From: Eledone cirrhosa | Lineage: Eukaryota | DNA length: 64,000 bases | Direction: 5' to 3' | NCBI GenBank assembly: GCA_964016885.1 | Contig: OZ024746.1 | Coordinates: 50,406,001 to 50,470,000 of the forward strand | Part shown: one piece after another, positions 38,456 to 53,800 of the stretch | Layout: every line of letters begins with the position of its first letter | Numbering within the stretch: the stretch's first letter is position 1 | Notes under the pieces: generated by a model | What the model was told of the DNA's origin: nothing | What the model saw: the letters and a program-made list of their open reading frames with translations, nothing else | The model's database searches: none | Position numbers and translations under genes: made by a program

Positions 38456-41400
38456 TAGATTATTTTAGGTTTTTCACAAATTGATCATTTTACACAGTAT
38501 TTCGAAAAATTGTTTTTTTTCAGAAAAGATTGATTTTTTTCTTTCGAAATATATACTTTCTGATTTCGAAAATTGATATATATTTTGTATTTTTCAAAAA
38601 TTTTTCAACGTGTCGAAACACAATGTATAAACGCATTATTTTGAAAAAAAACATTTTTTCCAAATATTGTGTAAAGTGATCAATTTGTGAAAAACCTAAA
38701 AATATCAATTTTAGATACCAGAACTAAATATTTCGAAATGTATAAAAAAATTGATTATTTTAGGTTTTTCACAAATTGATCATTTTACACAGTATTTCGA
38801 AAAATTGTTTTTTTTCAGAAAAGATTGATTTTTTTTCTTTCGAAATATATACTTTCTGATTTCAAAAATTGATATATATTTTGTATTTTTCAAAAATTTT
38901 TCAACGTGTCGAAACACAATGCATAAACGCATTTTTTTTAAAAAAAACATTTTTTCTAAATACTTTGTAAAATGATCGATTTGTGAAAAACCCCAAAAAA
39001 TAAATTTTAGATATCAGAAGTAAATATTTCGATGAATAAACGCATTTTTTTGAAAAAAAACATTTCATCCAAAAAGTGATCAATTTATGAAAACCCTAAA
39101 AATATCAATTTTAGAAATCAGAAGTAAATATTTCGAAAAGTATAAAAAAATTGATTATTTTAGGTTTTTCACAAAATGATCAATTTGTGCAAAACCGAAA
39201 AAAATCAATTTTAGATATCAGAAGTAAATATTTCGAAATGTATAAAAAAATTGATTATTTTAGGTTTTTCACAAATTGATCATTTTACACAGTATTTCGA
39301 AAAATTGTTTTTTTTCAAAAAAGTTTGATTTTTTTTCGATTTCGAAAATTGATATATATTTTGTATTTTTCAAAAATTTTGCGTGTCGAAACACGATGTA
39401 TAAACGCATTTTTTTAAAAAAAAAACATTTTTTCTAAAAATGATCAATTTGTAAAAAACCGAAAAAAATCAATTTTAGAAATCAGAAGTAAATATTTCGA
39501 AATGTATAAAAAAATTGATTATTTTAGGTTTTTCACAAATTGATTATTTTACACAGTATTTCGAAAAATTGTTTTTTTTCAAAAAAGATTGATTTTTTTC
39601 TTTCGAAATATATACTTTCTGATTTCGAAAATTGATATATATTTTGTATTTTTCAAAAATTTTTCAACGTGTCGAAACACAATGTATAAACGCATTATTT
39701 TGAAAAAAAACATTTTTTCCAAATATTGTGTAAAGTGATCAATTTGTGAAAAACCTAAAAATATCAATTTTAGATACCAGAAGTAAATATTTCGAAATGT
39801 ATAAAAAAATTGATTATTTTAGGTTTTTCACAAATTGATCATTTTACGCAGTATTTCGAAAAATTGTTTTTTTTCAAAAAAGTGATTTTTTTTCGATTTC
39901 GAAAATTGATATGTATTTTGTATTTTTCAAAAATTTTTCAACGTGTCGAAAAACAACGTATAAACGCATTTTTAAAAAAAAAAACATTTTTTCTAAATAT
40001 TGTGTAAAGGTGAAAAACCTAAAAAAATCAATTTTAGATATCAGAAGTAAATATTTCGAAATGTATAAAAAAATTGATTATTTTAGGTTTTTCACAAATT
40101 GATCATTTTACACAGTACTTCGAAAAATTGTTTTTTTTCAAAAAAGTTTGATTTTTTTTCGATTTCGAAAATTGATATATATTCTGTATTTTTCAAAAAT
40201 TTTTCAACGTGTCGTAACACAATGTAAAAACGCATATTTTTGAAAAAAAACATTTTTTCCAAATACTGTGTAAAATGATCAATTTGTGAAAAACCGAAAA
40301 AAATCAATTTTAGAAATCAGAAGTAAATATTTTGAAATGTATAAAAATATTGATTATTTTAGGTTTTTCACAAATTGATCATTTTACACAGTATTTCGAA
40401 AAATTGTTTTTTTCAAAAAAGATTGATTTTTTTTCTTTCGAAATATATACTTTCTGATATCGAAAATTGATATATATTTTGTATTTTTCAAAAATTTTTC
40501 AACGTGTCGAAACACGATGAATAAACGCATTATTTTGAAAAAAAACATTTTTTCCAAATATTATGTAAAGTGATCAATTTGTGAAAAACCTAAAAATATC
40601 AATTTTAGATACCAGAACTAAATATTTCGAAATGTATAAAAAAATTGATTATTTTAGGTTTTTCACAAATTGATCATTTTACACAGTATTTCGAAAAATT
40701 GTTTTTTTTCAGAAAAGATTGATTTTTTTTCTTTCGAAATATATACTTTCTGATTTCAAAAATTGATATATATTTTGTATTTTTCAAAAATTTTTCAAAG
40801 TGTCGAAACACAATGTATAAACGCATTTTTTTTAAAAAAAACATTTTTTCCAAATACTTTGTAAAATGATCGATTTGTGAAAAACCCCAAAAAATCAATT
40901 TTAGATATCAGAAGTAAATATTTCGAAATGTATAAAAAAATTGATTATTTTAGGTTTTTCACAAATTGATCATTTTACACAGTATTTCGAAAAATTGTTT
41001 TTTTTCAAAAAAGTGATTTTTTTTCGATTTCGAAAATTGATATGTATTTTGTATTTTTCAAAAATTTTTCAACGTGTCGAAACACAACGTATAAACGCAT
41101 TTTTTAAAAAAAAAACATTTTTTCTAAATATTGTGTAAAGGTGAAAAACCTAAAAAAATCAATTTTAGATAACAGAAGTAAATATTTCGAAATGTATAAA
41201 AAAATTGATTATTTTAGGTTTTTCACAAATTGATCATTTTACACAGTATTTCGAAAAATTGTTTTTTTTCAAAAAAGATTGATTTTTTTTCTTTCGAAAT
41301 ATATACTTTCTGATTTCAAAAATTGATATATATTTTGTATTTTTCAAAAATTTTTCAACGTGTCGAAACACAATGCATAAACGCATTTTTTAAAAAAAAA

Positions 41401-44400
41401 CATTTTTTCTAAATACTTTGTAAAATGATCGATTTGTGAAAAACCCCAAAAAATCAATTTTAGATATCAGAAGTAAATATTTCGAAATGTATAAAAAAAT
41501 TGATTATTTTAGGTTTTTCACAAATTGATCATTTTACACAGTATTTCGAAAAATTGTTTTTTTTCAAAAAAGTTTGATTTTTTTTCGATTACGAAAATTG
41601 ATATATATTTTGTATTTTTCAAAAATTTTTCAACGTGTCGAAACACAATGTATAAACGCATTATTTTGAAAAAAAATATTTTTTCCAAATATTGTGTAAA
41701 GTGATCAATTTGTGAAAAACCTAAAAATATCAATTTTAGATACCAGAAGTAAATATTTCGAAATGTATAAAAAAATTGATTATTTTAGGTTTTTCACAAA
41801 TTGATCATTTTACGCAGTATTTCGAAAAATTGTTTTTTTCAAAAAAGATTGATTTTTTTTCTTTCGAAATATATACTTTCTGATATCGAAAATTGATATA
41901 TATTTTGTATTTTTCAAAAATTTTTCAACGTGTCGAAACACGATGAATAAACGCATTATTTTGAAAAAAAACATTTTTTCCAAATATTGTGTAAAGTGAT
42001 CAATTTGTGAAAAACCTAAAAATATCAATTTTAGATACCAGAAGTAAATATTTCGAAATGTATAAAAAAATTGATTATTTTAGGTTTTTCACAAATTGAT
42101 CATTTTACACAGTATTTCGAAAAATTGTTTTTTTTCAAAAAAGTCATTTTTTTTCGATTTCGAAAATTGATATGTATTTTGTATTTTTCAAAAATTTTTC
42201 AACGTGTCGAAACACAACGTATAAACGCATTTTTAAAAAAACAAACATTTTTACTAAATATTGTGTAAAGGTGAAAAACCTAAAAAAATCAATTTTAGAT
42301 ATCAGAAGTAAATATTTCGAAATGTATAAAAAAATTGATTATTTTAGGTTTTTCACAAATTGATCATTTTACACAGTATTTCTAAAAATTGTTTTTTTTC
42401 AAAAAATTTTGATTTTTTTTCGATTTCGAAAATCGATATATATTTTGAATTTTTCAAAAATTTTTCAACGTGTCGAAACACGATGAATAAACGCATTATT
42501 TTGAAAAAAAACATTTTTTCCAAATATTGTGTAAAGTGATCAATTTGTGAAAAACCTAAAAATATCAATTTTAGATACCAGAAGTAAATATTTCGAAATG
42601 TATAAAAAAATTGATTATTTTAGGTTTTTCACAAATTGATCATTTTACACAGTATTTCGAAAAATTGTTTTTTTTCAAAAAAGTGATTTTTTTTCGATTT
42701 CGAAAATTGATATGTATTTTGTATTTTTCAAAAATTTTTCAACGTGTCGAAACACAACGTATAAACGCATTTTTTTTAAAAAAAACATTTTTTCTAAATA
42801 TTGTGTAAAGGTGAAAAACCTAAAAAAATCAATTTTAGATATCAGAAGTAAATATTTCGAAATGTATAAAAAAATTGATTATTTTAGGTTTTTCACAAAT
42901 TCATCATTTTACACAGTATTTCGAAAAATTGTTTTTTTTCAAAAAAGTTTGATTTTTTTTCGATTTCGAAAATTGATATATATTTTGTATTTTTCAAAAA
43001 TTTTTCAACGTGTCGAAACAATGTATAAACGCATTTTTTTAAAAAAAAACATTTTTTCTAAATACTGTGTAAAATGATCAATTTGTGAAAAACCGAACAT
43101 TTTTTCTAAATATTGTGTAAAGTGATCGATTTGTGAAAAACCCAAAAAAATCAATTTCAGAAGTAAATATTTCGAAATGTATAAAAAAATTGATTATTTT
43201 AGGTTTTTCACAAATTGATCATTTTACACAGTATTTCGAAAAATTGTTTTTTTTCAAAAAAGTGATTTTTTTTCGATTTCGAAAATTGATATGTATTTTG
43301 TATTTTTCAATAATTTTTCAGTGTCGAAACACGATAAAAAACATTTTTTCTAAAAATGATCAATTTGTGAAAAACCGAAAAAAATCAATTTTAGAAATCA
43401 GAAGTAAATATTTCGAAATGTATAAAAAAATTGATTATTTTAGGTTTTTCACAAATTAATCATTTTACACAGTATTTCGAAAAATTGTTTTTATTCAGAA
43501 AAGATTGAATTTTTATCTTTCTGATTTCAAAAATTGATATATATTTTGTATTTTTCAAAAATTTTTCAACGTGTCGAAACAATGTAAAAACGCATATTTT
43601 TGAAAAAAAACATTTTTTCCAAATACTGTGTAAAATGATCAATTTGTGAAAAACCGAAAAAAATCAATTTTAGAAATCAGAAGTAAATATTTTGAAATGT
43701 ATAAAAAAATTGATTATTTTAGGTTTTTCACAGATCGATCATTTTACACAGTATTTCGAAAAATTGTTTTTTTTTCAAAAAAGTGATCTTTTTTCGATTT
43801 CGAAAATTGATATGTATTTTGTAAAATTGTTTTTTTTCAGAAAAGATTGATTTTTTTCTTTCGAAATATATACTTTCTGATTTCGAAAATTGATATATAT
43901 TTTGTATTTTTCAAAGATTTTTCAACGTGTCGAAACACGATGAATAAACGCATTATTTTGAAAAAAAACATTTTTTCCAAATATTGTGTAAAGTGATCAA
44001 TTTGTGAAAAACCTAAAAATATCAATTTTAGATACCAGAAGTAAATATTTCGAAATGTATAAAAAAATTGATTATTTTAGGTTTTTCACAAATTGATCAT
44101 TTTACACAGTATTTCGAAAAATTGTTTTTTTTCAAAAAAGTTTGATTTTTTTTCGATTTCGAAAATTGATATATATTTTGTATTTTTCAAAAATTTTTCA
44201 ACGTGTCGAAACACAATGTATAAACGCATTTTTTTGAAAAAAAACATTTTTTCCAAATACTGTGTAAAATGATCAATTTGTGAAAAACCGAAAAAAATCA
44301 ATTTTAGAAATCAGAAGTAAATATTTCTAAATGTATAAAAAATTGATTATTTTAGGTTTTTCACAAATTGATCATTTTACACAGTATTTCGAAAAATTGT

Positions 44401-44881
44401 TTTTTTTCAGAAAAGTTTGATTTATTTTCGATTTCGAAAATTGATATATATTATGTATTTTTCAAAAATTTTTCAACGTGTCGAAACACGATGTATAAAC
44501 GCATTATTTTGAAAAAAACATTTTTTCCAAATACTGTGTAAAATGATCAATTAGTGAAAAACCGAAAAAAATCAATTTTAGATACCAGAAGTAAATATTT
44601 CGAAATGTATAAAAAAATTGATTATTTTAGGTTTTTCACAAATTGACCATTTTACACAGTATTTCGAAAAATTGTTTTTTTTCAAAAAAGTGATTTTTTT
44701 TCGATTTCGAAAATTGATATGTATTTTGTATTTTTCAAAAATTTTTCAACGTGTCGAAACACAACGTATAAACGCATTTTTTTTAAAAATAACATTTTTT
44801 CTAAATATTGTGTAAAGGTGAAAAACCTAAAAAAATCAATTTTAGATATCAGAAGTAAATATTTCGAAATGTATAAAAAAA

Positions 44882-47800
44882 TTGATTATTTTAGGTTTCT
44901 CACAAATTGATCATTTTACACAGTATTTCGAAAAATTGTTTTTTTTCAAAAAAGTTTGATTTTTTTTTCGATTTCGAAAATTGATATATATTTTGTATTT
45001 TTCAAAACTTTTTCAACGTGTCGAAACAATGTAAAAACGCATATTTTTGAAAAAAAACATTTTTTCCAAATATTGTGTAAAGTGATCAATTTGTGAAAAA
45101 CCTAAAAATATCAATTTTAGATACCAGAACTAAATATTTCGAAATGTATAAAAAAATTGATTATTTTAGGTTTTTCACAAATTGATCATTTTACACAGTA
45201 TTTCGAAAAATTGTTTTTTTTCAGAAAAGATTGATTTTTTTTCTTTCGAAATATATACTTTCTGATTTCGAAAATTGATATATATTTTGTATTTTTCAAA
45301 AATTTTTCAACGTGTCGAAACACAATGTAAAAACGCATATTTTTGAAAAAAAACATTTTTTCCAAATACTGTGTAAAATGATCAATTTGTGAAAAACCGA
45401 AAAAAAATCAATTTTAGAAATCAGAAGTAAATATTTTGAAATGTATAAAAAAATTGATTATTTTAGGTTTTTCACAGATCGATCATTTTACACAGTATTT
45501 CGAAAAATTGTTTTTTTTTCAAAAAAGTGATCTTTTTTCGATTTCGAAAATTGATATGTATTTTGTAAAATTGTTTTTTTTCAGAAAAGATTGATTTTTT
45601 TCTTTCGAAATATATACTTTCTGATTTCGAAAATTGATATATATTTTGTATTTTTCAAAAATTTTTCAACGTGTCGAAACACGATGAATAAAAGCATTAT
45701 TTTGAAAAAAAACATTTTTTCCAAATATTGTGTAAAGTGATCAATTTGTGAAAAACCTAAAAATATCAATTTTAGATACCAGAACTAAATATTTCGAAAT
45801 GTATAAAAAAATTGATTATTTTAGGTTTTTCACAAATTGATCATTTTACACCGTATTTCGAAAAATTGTTTTTTTTCAAAAAAGTGATTTTTTTTCGATT
45901 TCGAAAATTGATATGTATTTTGTATTTTTCAAAAATTTTTCAACGTGTCGAAGCACAACGTATAAACGCATTTTTTTAAAAAAAAACATTTTTTCTAAAT
46001 ATTGTGTAAAAGTGAAAAACCTAAAAAAATCAATTTTAGATATCAGAAGTAAATATTTCGAAATGTATAAAAAAATTGATTATTTTAGGTTTTTCACAAA
46101 TTGATCATTTTACACAGTATTTCGAAAAATTGTTTTTTTTCAAAAAAGTTTGATTTTTTTTCGATTTCGAAAATTGATATATATTTTGTATTTTTCAATA
46201 ATTTTTCAACGTGTCGAAACACGATGTATAAACGCATTTTTTTGAAAAAAAACATTTTTTCTAAATACTGTGTAAAATGATCAATTTGTGAAAAACCGAA
46301 AAAAATCAATTTAGAAATCAGAAGTAAATATTTCGAAATGTATAAAAGATTGATTATTTTAGGTTTTTCAGAAATTGATCATTTTACACAGTATTTCGAA
46401 AAATTGTTTTTTTTCAGAAAAGTTTGATTTATTTTCGATTTAGAAAATTGATATATATTTTGTATTTTTCAAAAATTTTTCAACGTGTCGAAACACAATG
46501 TATAAACGCATTTTTTTAAAAAAAAACATTTTTTCTAAATATTGTGTAATGTGATCGATTTGTGAAAAACCCAAAAAAATCAATTTTAGATATCAGAAGT
46601 AAATATTTCGAAATGTATAAAAAAATTGATTATTTTAGGTTTTTCACAAATTGATCATTTTACACAGTATTTCGAAAAATTGTTTTTTTTCAAAAAAGTG
46701 ATTTTTTTTCGATTTCGAAAATTGATATGTATTTTGTATTTTTCAATAATTTTTCAACGTGTCGAAACACGATGTATAAACGCATTTTTTTGAAAAAAAA
46801 CATTTTTTCCAAATACTGTGTAAAATGATCAATTTGTGAAAAACCGAAAAAAATCAATTTTAGAAATCAGAAGTAAATATTTTGAAATGTATAAAAATAT
46901 TGATTATTTTAGGTTTTGATCATTTTACACAGTATTTCGAAAAATTGTTTTTTTCAAAAAAGATTGATTTTTTTTCTTTCGAAATATATACTTTCTGATA
47001 TCGAAAATTGATATATATTTTGTATTTTTCAAAAATTTTTCAACGTGTCGAAACACGATGAATAAACGCATTATTTTGAAAAAAAACATTTTTTCCAAAT
47101 ATTATGTAAAGTGATCAATTTGTGAAAAACCTAAAAATATCAATTTTAGATACCAGAACTAAATATTTCGAAATGTATAAAAAAATTGATTATTTTAGGT
47201 TTTTCACAAATTGATCATTTTACACAGTATTTCGAAAAATTGTTTTTTTTCAAAAAAGTGATCTTTTTTCGATTTCGAAAATTGATATGTATTTTGTAAA
47301 ATTGTTTTTTTTCAGAAAAGATTGATTTTTATCTTTCGAAATATATACTTTCTGATTTCGAAAATTGATATATATTTTGTATTTTTCAAAAATTTTTCAA
47401 CGTGTCGAAACACAATGTAAAAACGCATATTTTTGAAAAAAAACATTTTTTCCAAATATTGTGTAAAGTGATCAATTTGTGAAAAACCTAAAAATATAAA
47501 TGTTAGATACCAGAACTAAATATTTCGAAATGTATAAAAAAATTGATTATTTTAGGTTTTTCACAAATTGATCATTTTACACAGTATTTCGAAAAATTGT
47601 TTTTTTTCAGAAAAGATTGATTTTTTTTCTTTCGAAATATATACTTTCTGATATCGAAAATTGATATATATTTTGTATTTTTCAAAAATTTTTCAACGTG
47701 TCGAAACACGATGAATAAACGCATTATTTTGAAAAAAAACATTTTTTCCAAATATTATGTAAAGTGATCAATTTGTGAAAAACCTAAAAATATCAATTTT

Positions 47801-50800
47801 AGATACCAGAACTAAATATTTCGAAATGTATAAAAAAATTGATTATTTTAGGTTTTTCACAAATTGATCATTTTACACAGTATTTCGAAAAATTGTTTTT
47901 TTTCAGAAAAGATTGATTTTTTTTCTTTCGAAATATATACTTTCTGATTTCAAAAATTGATATATATTTTGTATTTTTCAAAAATTTTTCAACGTGTCGA
48001 AACACAATGCATAAACGCATTTTTTAAAAAAAAACATTTTTTCTAAATACTTTGTAAAATGATCGATTTGTGAAAAACCCCAAAAAATCAATTTTAGATA
48101 TCAGAAGTAAATATTTCGAAATGTATAAAAAAATTGATTATTTTAGGTTTTTCACAAATTGATCATTTTACACAGTATTTCGAAAAATTGTTTTTTTTCA
48201 AAAAAGTTTGATTTTTTTTCGATTACGAAAATTGATATATATTTTGTATTTTTCAAAAATTTTTCAACGTGTCGAAACACAATGTATAAACGCATTATTT
48301 TGAAAAAAAACATTTTTTCCAAATATTGTGTAAAGTGATCAATTTGTGAAAAACCTAAAAATATCAATTTTAGATACCAGAAGTAAATATTTCGAAATGT
48401 ATAAAAAAATTGATTATTTTAGGTTTTTCACAAATTGATCATTTTACGCAGTATTTCGAAAAATTGTTTTTTTCAAAAAAGATTGATTTTTTTTCTTTCG
48501 AAATATATACTTTCTGATATCGAAAATTGATATATATTTTGTATTTTTCAAAAATTTTTCAACGTGTCGAAACACGATGAATAAACGCATTATTTTGAAA
48601 AAAAACATTTTTTCCAAATATTGTGTAAAGTGATCAATTTGTGAAAAACCTAAAAATATCAATTTTAGATACCAGAAGTAAATATTTCGAAATGTATAAA
48701 AAAATTGATTATTTTAGGTTTTTCACAAATTGATCATTTTACACAGTATTTCGAAACATTGTTTTTTTTCAAAAAAGTCATTTTTTTTCGATTTCGAAAA
48801 TTGATATGTATTTTGTATTTTTCAAAAATTTTTCAACGTGTCGAAACACAACGTATAAACGCATTTTTTAAAAAAAAAACATTTTTACTAAATATTGTGT
48901 AAAGGTGAAAAACCTAAAAAAATCAATTTTAGATATCAGAAGTAAATATTTCGAAATGTATAAAAAAATTGATTATTTTAGGTTTTTCACAAATTGATCA
49001 TTTTACACAGTATTTCGAAAAATTGTTTTTTTTCAAAAAAGTTTGATTTTTTTTCGATTTCGAAAATTGATATATATTTTGAATTTTTCAAAAATTTTTC
49101 AACGTGTCGAAACACGATGAATAAACGCATAATTTTGAAAAAAAACATTTTTTCCAAATATTGTGTAAAGTGATCAATTTGTGAAAAACCTAAAAATATC
49201 AATTTTAGATACCAGAAGTAAATATTTCGAAATGTATAAAAAAATTGATTATTTTAGGTTTTTCACAAATTGATCATTTTACACAGTATTTCGAAAAATT
49301 GTTTTTTTTCAAAAAAGTGATTTTTTTTCGATTTCGAAAATTGATATGTATTTTGTATTTTTCAAAAATTTTTCAACGTGTCGAAACACAACGTATAAAC
49401 GCATTTTTTTTAAAAAAAACATTTTTTCTAAATATTGTGTAAAGGTGAAAAACCTAAAAAAATCAATTTTAGATATCAGAAGTAAATATTTCGAAATGTA
49501 TAAAAAAATTGATTATTTTAGGTTTTTCACAAATTCATCATTTTACACAGTATTTCGAAAAATTGTTTTTTTTCAAAAAAGTTTGATTTTTTTTCGATTT
49601 CGAAAATTGATATATATTTTGTATTTTTCAAAAATTTTTCAACGTGTCGAAACAATGTATAAACGCATTTTTTTAAAAAAAAACATTTTTTCTAAATACT
49701 GTGTAAAATGATCAATTTGTGAAAAACCGAAAAAAATCAATTTTAGAAATCAGAAGTAAATATTTCGAAATGTATAAAAAATTGATTATTTTAGGTTTTT
49801 CACAAATTGATCATTTTACACAGTATTTCGAAAAATTGTTTTTTTTCAGAAAAGTTTGATTTATTTTCGATTTAGAAAATTGATATATATTTTGTATTTT
49901 TCAAAAGTTTTTCAACGTGTCGAAACACAATGTATAAACGCATTTTTTTAAAAAAAAACATTTTTTCTAAATATTGTGTAAAGTGATCGATTTGTGAAAA
50001 ACCCAAAAAAATCAATTTTAGATATCAGAAGTAAATATTTCGAAATGTATAAAAAAATTGATTATTTTAGGTTTTTCACAAATTGATCATTTTACACAGT
50101 ATTTCGAAAAATTGTTTTTTTTCAAAAAAGTTTGATTATTTTAGGTTTTTCACAAATTGATCATTTTACACAGTATTTCGAAAAATTGTTTTTTTTCAAA
50201 AAAGTGATTTTTTTTCGATTTCGAAAATTGATATGTATTTTGTATTTTTCAATAATTTTTCAAAGTGTCGAAACACGATAAAAAACATTTTTTCTAAAAA
50301 TGATCAATTTGTGAAAAACCGAAAAAAATCAATTTTAGAAATCAGAAGTAAATATTTCGAAATGTATAAAAAAATTGATTATTTTAGGTTTTTCACAAAT
50401 TGATCATTTTACACAGTATTTCGAAAAATTGTTTTTATTCAGAAAAGATTGAATTTTTATCTTTCTGATTTCGAAAATTGATATATATTTTTTATTTTTC
50501 AAAAATTTTTCAACGTATCGAAACACAATGTATAAACGCATTTTTTGGAAAAAAAACATTTTTTCCAAATATTGTGTAAAATGATCAATTTGTGAAAAAC
50601 CGAAAAAAATCAATTTTAGAAATCAGAAGTAAATATTTCTAAATGTATAAAAAATTGATTATTTTAGGTTTTTCACAAATTGATCATTTTACACAGTATT
50701 TCGAAAAATTGTTTTTTTTCAGAAAAGATTGATTTTTTTCTTTCGAAATATATACTTTCTGATTTCGAAAATTGATATATATTTTGTATTTTTCAAAAAT

Positions 50801-53800
50801 TTTTCAACGTGTCGAAACACAATGTATAAACGCATTATTTTGAAAAAAAACATTTTTTCCAAATATTGTGTAAAGTGATCAATTTGTGAAAAACCTAAAA
50901 ATATCAATTTTAGATACCAGAACTAAATATTTCGAAATGTATAAAAAAATTGATTATTTTAGGTTTTTCACAAATTGATCATTTTACACAGTATTTCGAA
51001 AAATTGTTTTTTTTCAGAAAAGATTGATTTTTTTTCTTTCGAAATATATACTTTCTGATTTCAAAAATTGATATATATTTTGTATTTTTCAAAAATTTTT
51101 CAACGTGTCGAAACACAATGCATAAACGCATTTTTTTTAAAAAAAACATTTTTTCTAAATACTTTGTAAAATGATCGATTTGTGAAAAACCCCAAAAAAT
51201 AAATTTTAGATATCAGAAGTAAATATTTCGATGAATAAACGCATTTTTTTGAAAAAAAACATTTCATCCAAAAAGTGATCAATTTATGAAAAACCTAAAA
51301 ATATCAATTTTAGAAATCAGAAGTAAATATTTCGAAAAGTATAAAAGAATTGATTATTTTAGGTTTTTCACAAAATGATCAATTTGTGCAAAACCGAAAA
51401 AAATCAATTTTAGATATCAGAAGTAAATATTTCGAAATGTATAAAAAAATTGATTATTTTAGGTTTCTCACAAATTGATCATTTTACACAGTATTTCGAA
51501 AAATTGTTTTTTTTCAAAAAAGTTTGATTTTTTTTTCGATTTCGAAAATTGATATATATTTTGTATTTTTCAAAACTTTTTCAACGTGTCGAAACAATGT
51601 AAAAACGCATATTTTTGAAAAAAAACATTTTTTCCAAATATTGTGTAAAGTGATCAATTTGTGAAAAACCTAAAAATATCAATTTTAGATACCAGAACTA
51701 AATATTTCGAAATGTATAAAAAAATTGATTATTTTAGGTTTTTCACAAATTGATCATTTTACACAGTATTTCGAAAAATTGTTTTTTTTCAGAAAAGATT
51801 GATTTTTTTTCTTTCGAAATATATACTTTCTGATTTCGAAAATTGATATATATTTTGTATTTTTCAAAAATTTTTCAACGTGTCGAAACACAATGTAAAA
51901 ACGCATATTTTTGAAAAAAAACATTTTTTCCAAATACTGTGTAAAATGATCAATTTGTGAAAAACCGAAAAAAAATCAATTTTAGAAATCAGAAGTAAAT
52001 ATTTTGAAATGTATAAAAAAATTGATTATTTTAGGTTTTTCACAGATCGATCATTTTACACAGTATTTCGAAAAATTGTTTTTTTTTCAAAAAAGTGATC
52101 TTTTTTCGATTTCGAAAATTGATATGTATTTTGTAAAATTGTTTTTTTTCAGAAAAGATTGATTTTTTTCTTTCGAAATATATACTTTCTGATTTCGAAA
52201 ATTGATATATATTTTGTATTTTTCAAAAATTTTTCAACGTGTCGAAACACGATGAATAAAAGCATTATTTTGAAAAAAAACATTTTTTCCAAATATTGTG
52301 TAAAGTGATCAATTTGTGAAAAACCTAAAAATATCAATTTTAGATACCAGAACTAAATATTTCGAAATGTATAAAAAAATTGATTATTTTAGGTTTTTCA
52401 CAAATTGATCATTTTACACCGTATTTCGAAAAATTGTTTTTTTTCAAAAAGTGATTTTTTTTCGATTTCGAAAATTGATATGTATTTTGTATTTTTCAAA
52501 AATTTTTCAACGTGTCGAAGCACAACGTATAAACGCATTTTTTTAAAAAAAAACATTTTTTCTAAATATTGTGTAAAAGTGAAAAACCTAAAAAAATCAA
52601 TTTTAGATATCAGAAGTAAATATTTCGAAATGTATAAAAAAATTGATTATTTTAGGTTTTTCACAAATTGATCATTTTACACAGTATTTCGAAAAATTGT
52701 TTTTTTTCAAAAAAGTTTGATTTTTTTTCGATTTCGAAAATTGATATATATTTTGTATTTTTCAATAATTTTTCAACGTGTCGAAACACGATGTATAAAC
52801 GCATTTTTTTGAAAAAAAACATTTTTTCTAAATACTGTGTAAAATGATCAATTTGTGAAAAACCGAAAAAAATCAATTTAGAAATCAGAAGTAAATATTT
52901 CGAAATGTATAAAAGATTGATTATTTTAGGTTTTTCAGAAATTGATCATTTTACACAGTATTTCGAAAAATTGTTTTTTTTCAGAAAAGTTTGATTTATT
53001 TTCGATTTAGAAAATTGATATATATTTTGTATTTTTCAAAAATTTTTCAACGTGTCGAAACACAATGTATAAACGCATTTTTTTAAAAAAAAACATTTTT
53101 TCTAAATATTGTGTAATGTGATCGATTTGTGAAAAACCCAAAAAAATCAATTTTAGATATCAGAAGTAAATATTTCGAAATGTATAAAAAAATTGATTAT
53201 TTTAGGTTTTTCACAAATTGATCATTTTACACAGTATTTCGAAAAATTGTTTTTTTTCAAAAAAGTGATTTTTTTTCGATTTCGAAAATTGATATGTATT
53301 TTGTATTTTTCAATAATTTTTCAACGTGTCGAAACACGATGTATAAACGCATTTTTTTGAAAAAAAACATTTTTTCCAAATACTGTGTAAAATGATCAAT
53401 TTGTGAAAAACCGAAAAAAATCAATTTTAGAAATCAGAAGTAAATATTTTGAAATGTATAAAAATATTGATTATTTTAGGTTTTGATCATTTTACACAGT
53501 ATTTCGAAAAATTGTTTTTTTCAAAAAAATTTGATTTTTTTTCTTTCGAAATATATACTTTCTGATATCGAAAATTGATATATATTTTGTATTTTTCAAA
53601 AATTTTTCAACGTGTCGAAACACGATGAATAAACGCATTATTTTGAAAAAAAACATTTTTTCCAAATATTATGTAAAGTGATCAATTTGTGAAAAACCTA
53701 AAAATATCAATTTTAGATACCAGAACTAAATATTTCGAAATGTATAAAAAAATTGATTATTTTAGGTTTTTCACAAATTGATCATTTTACACAGTATTTC

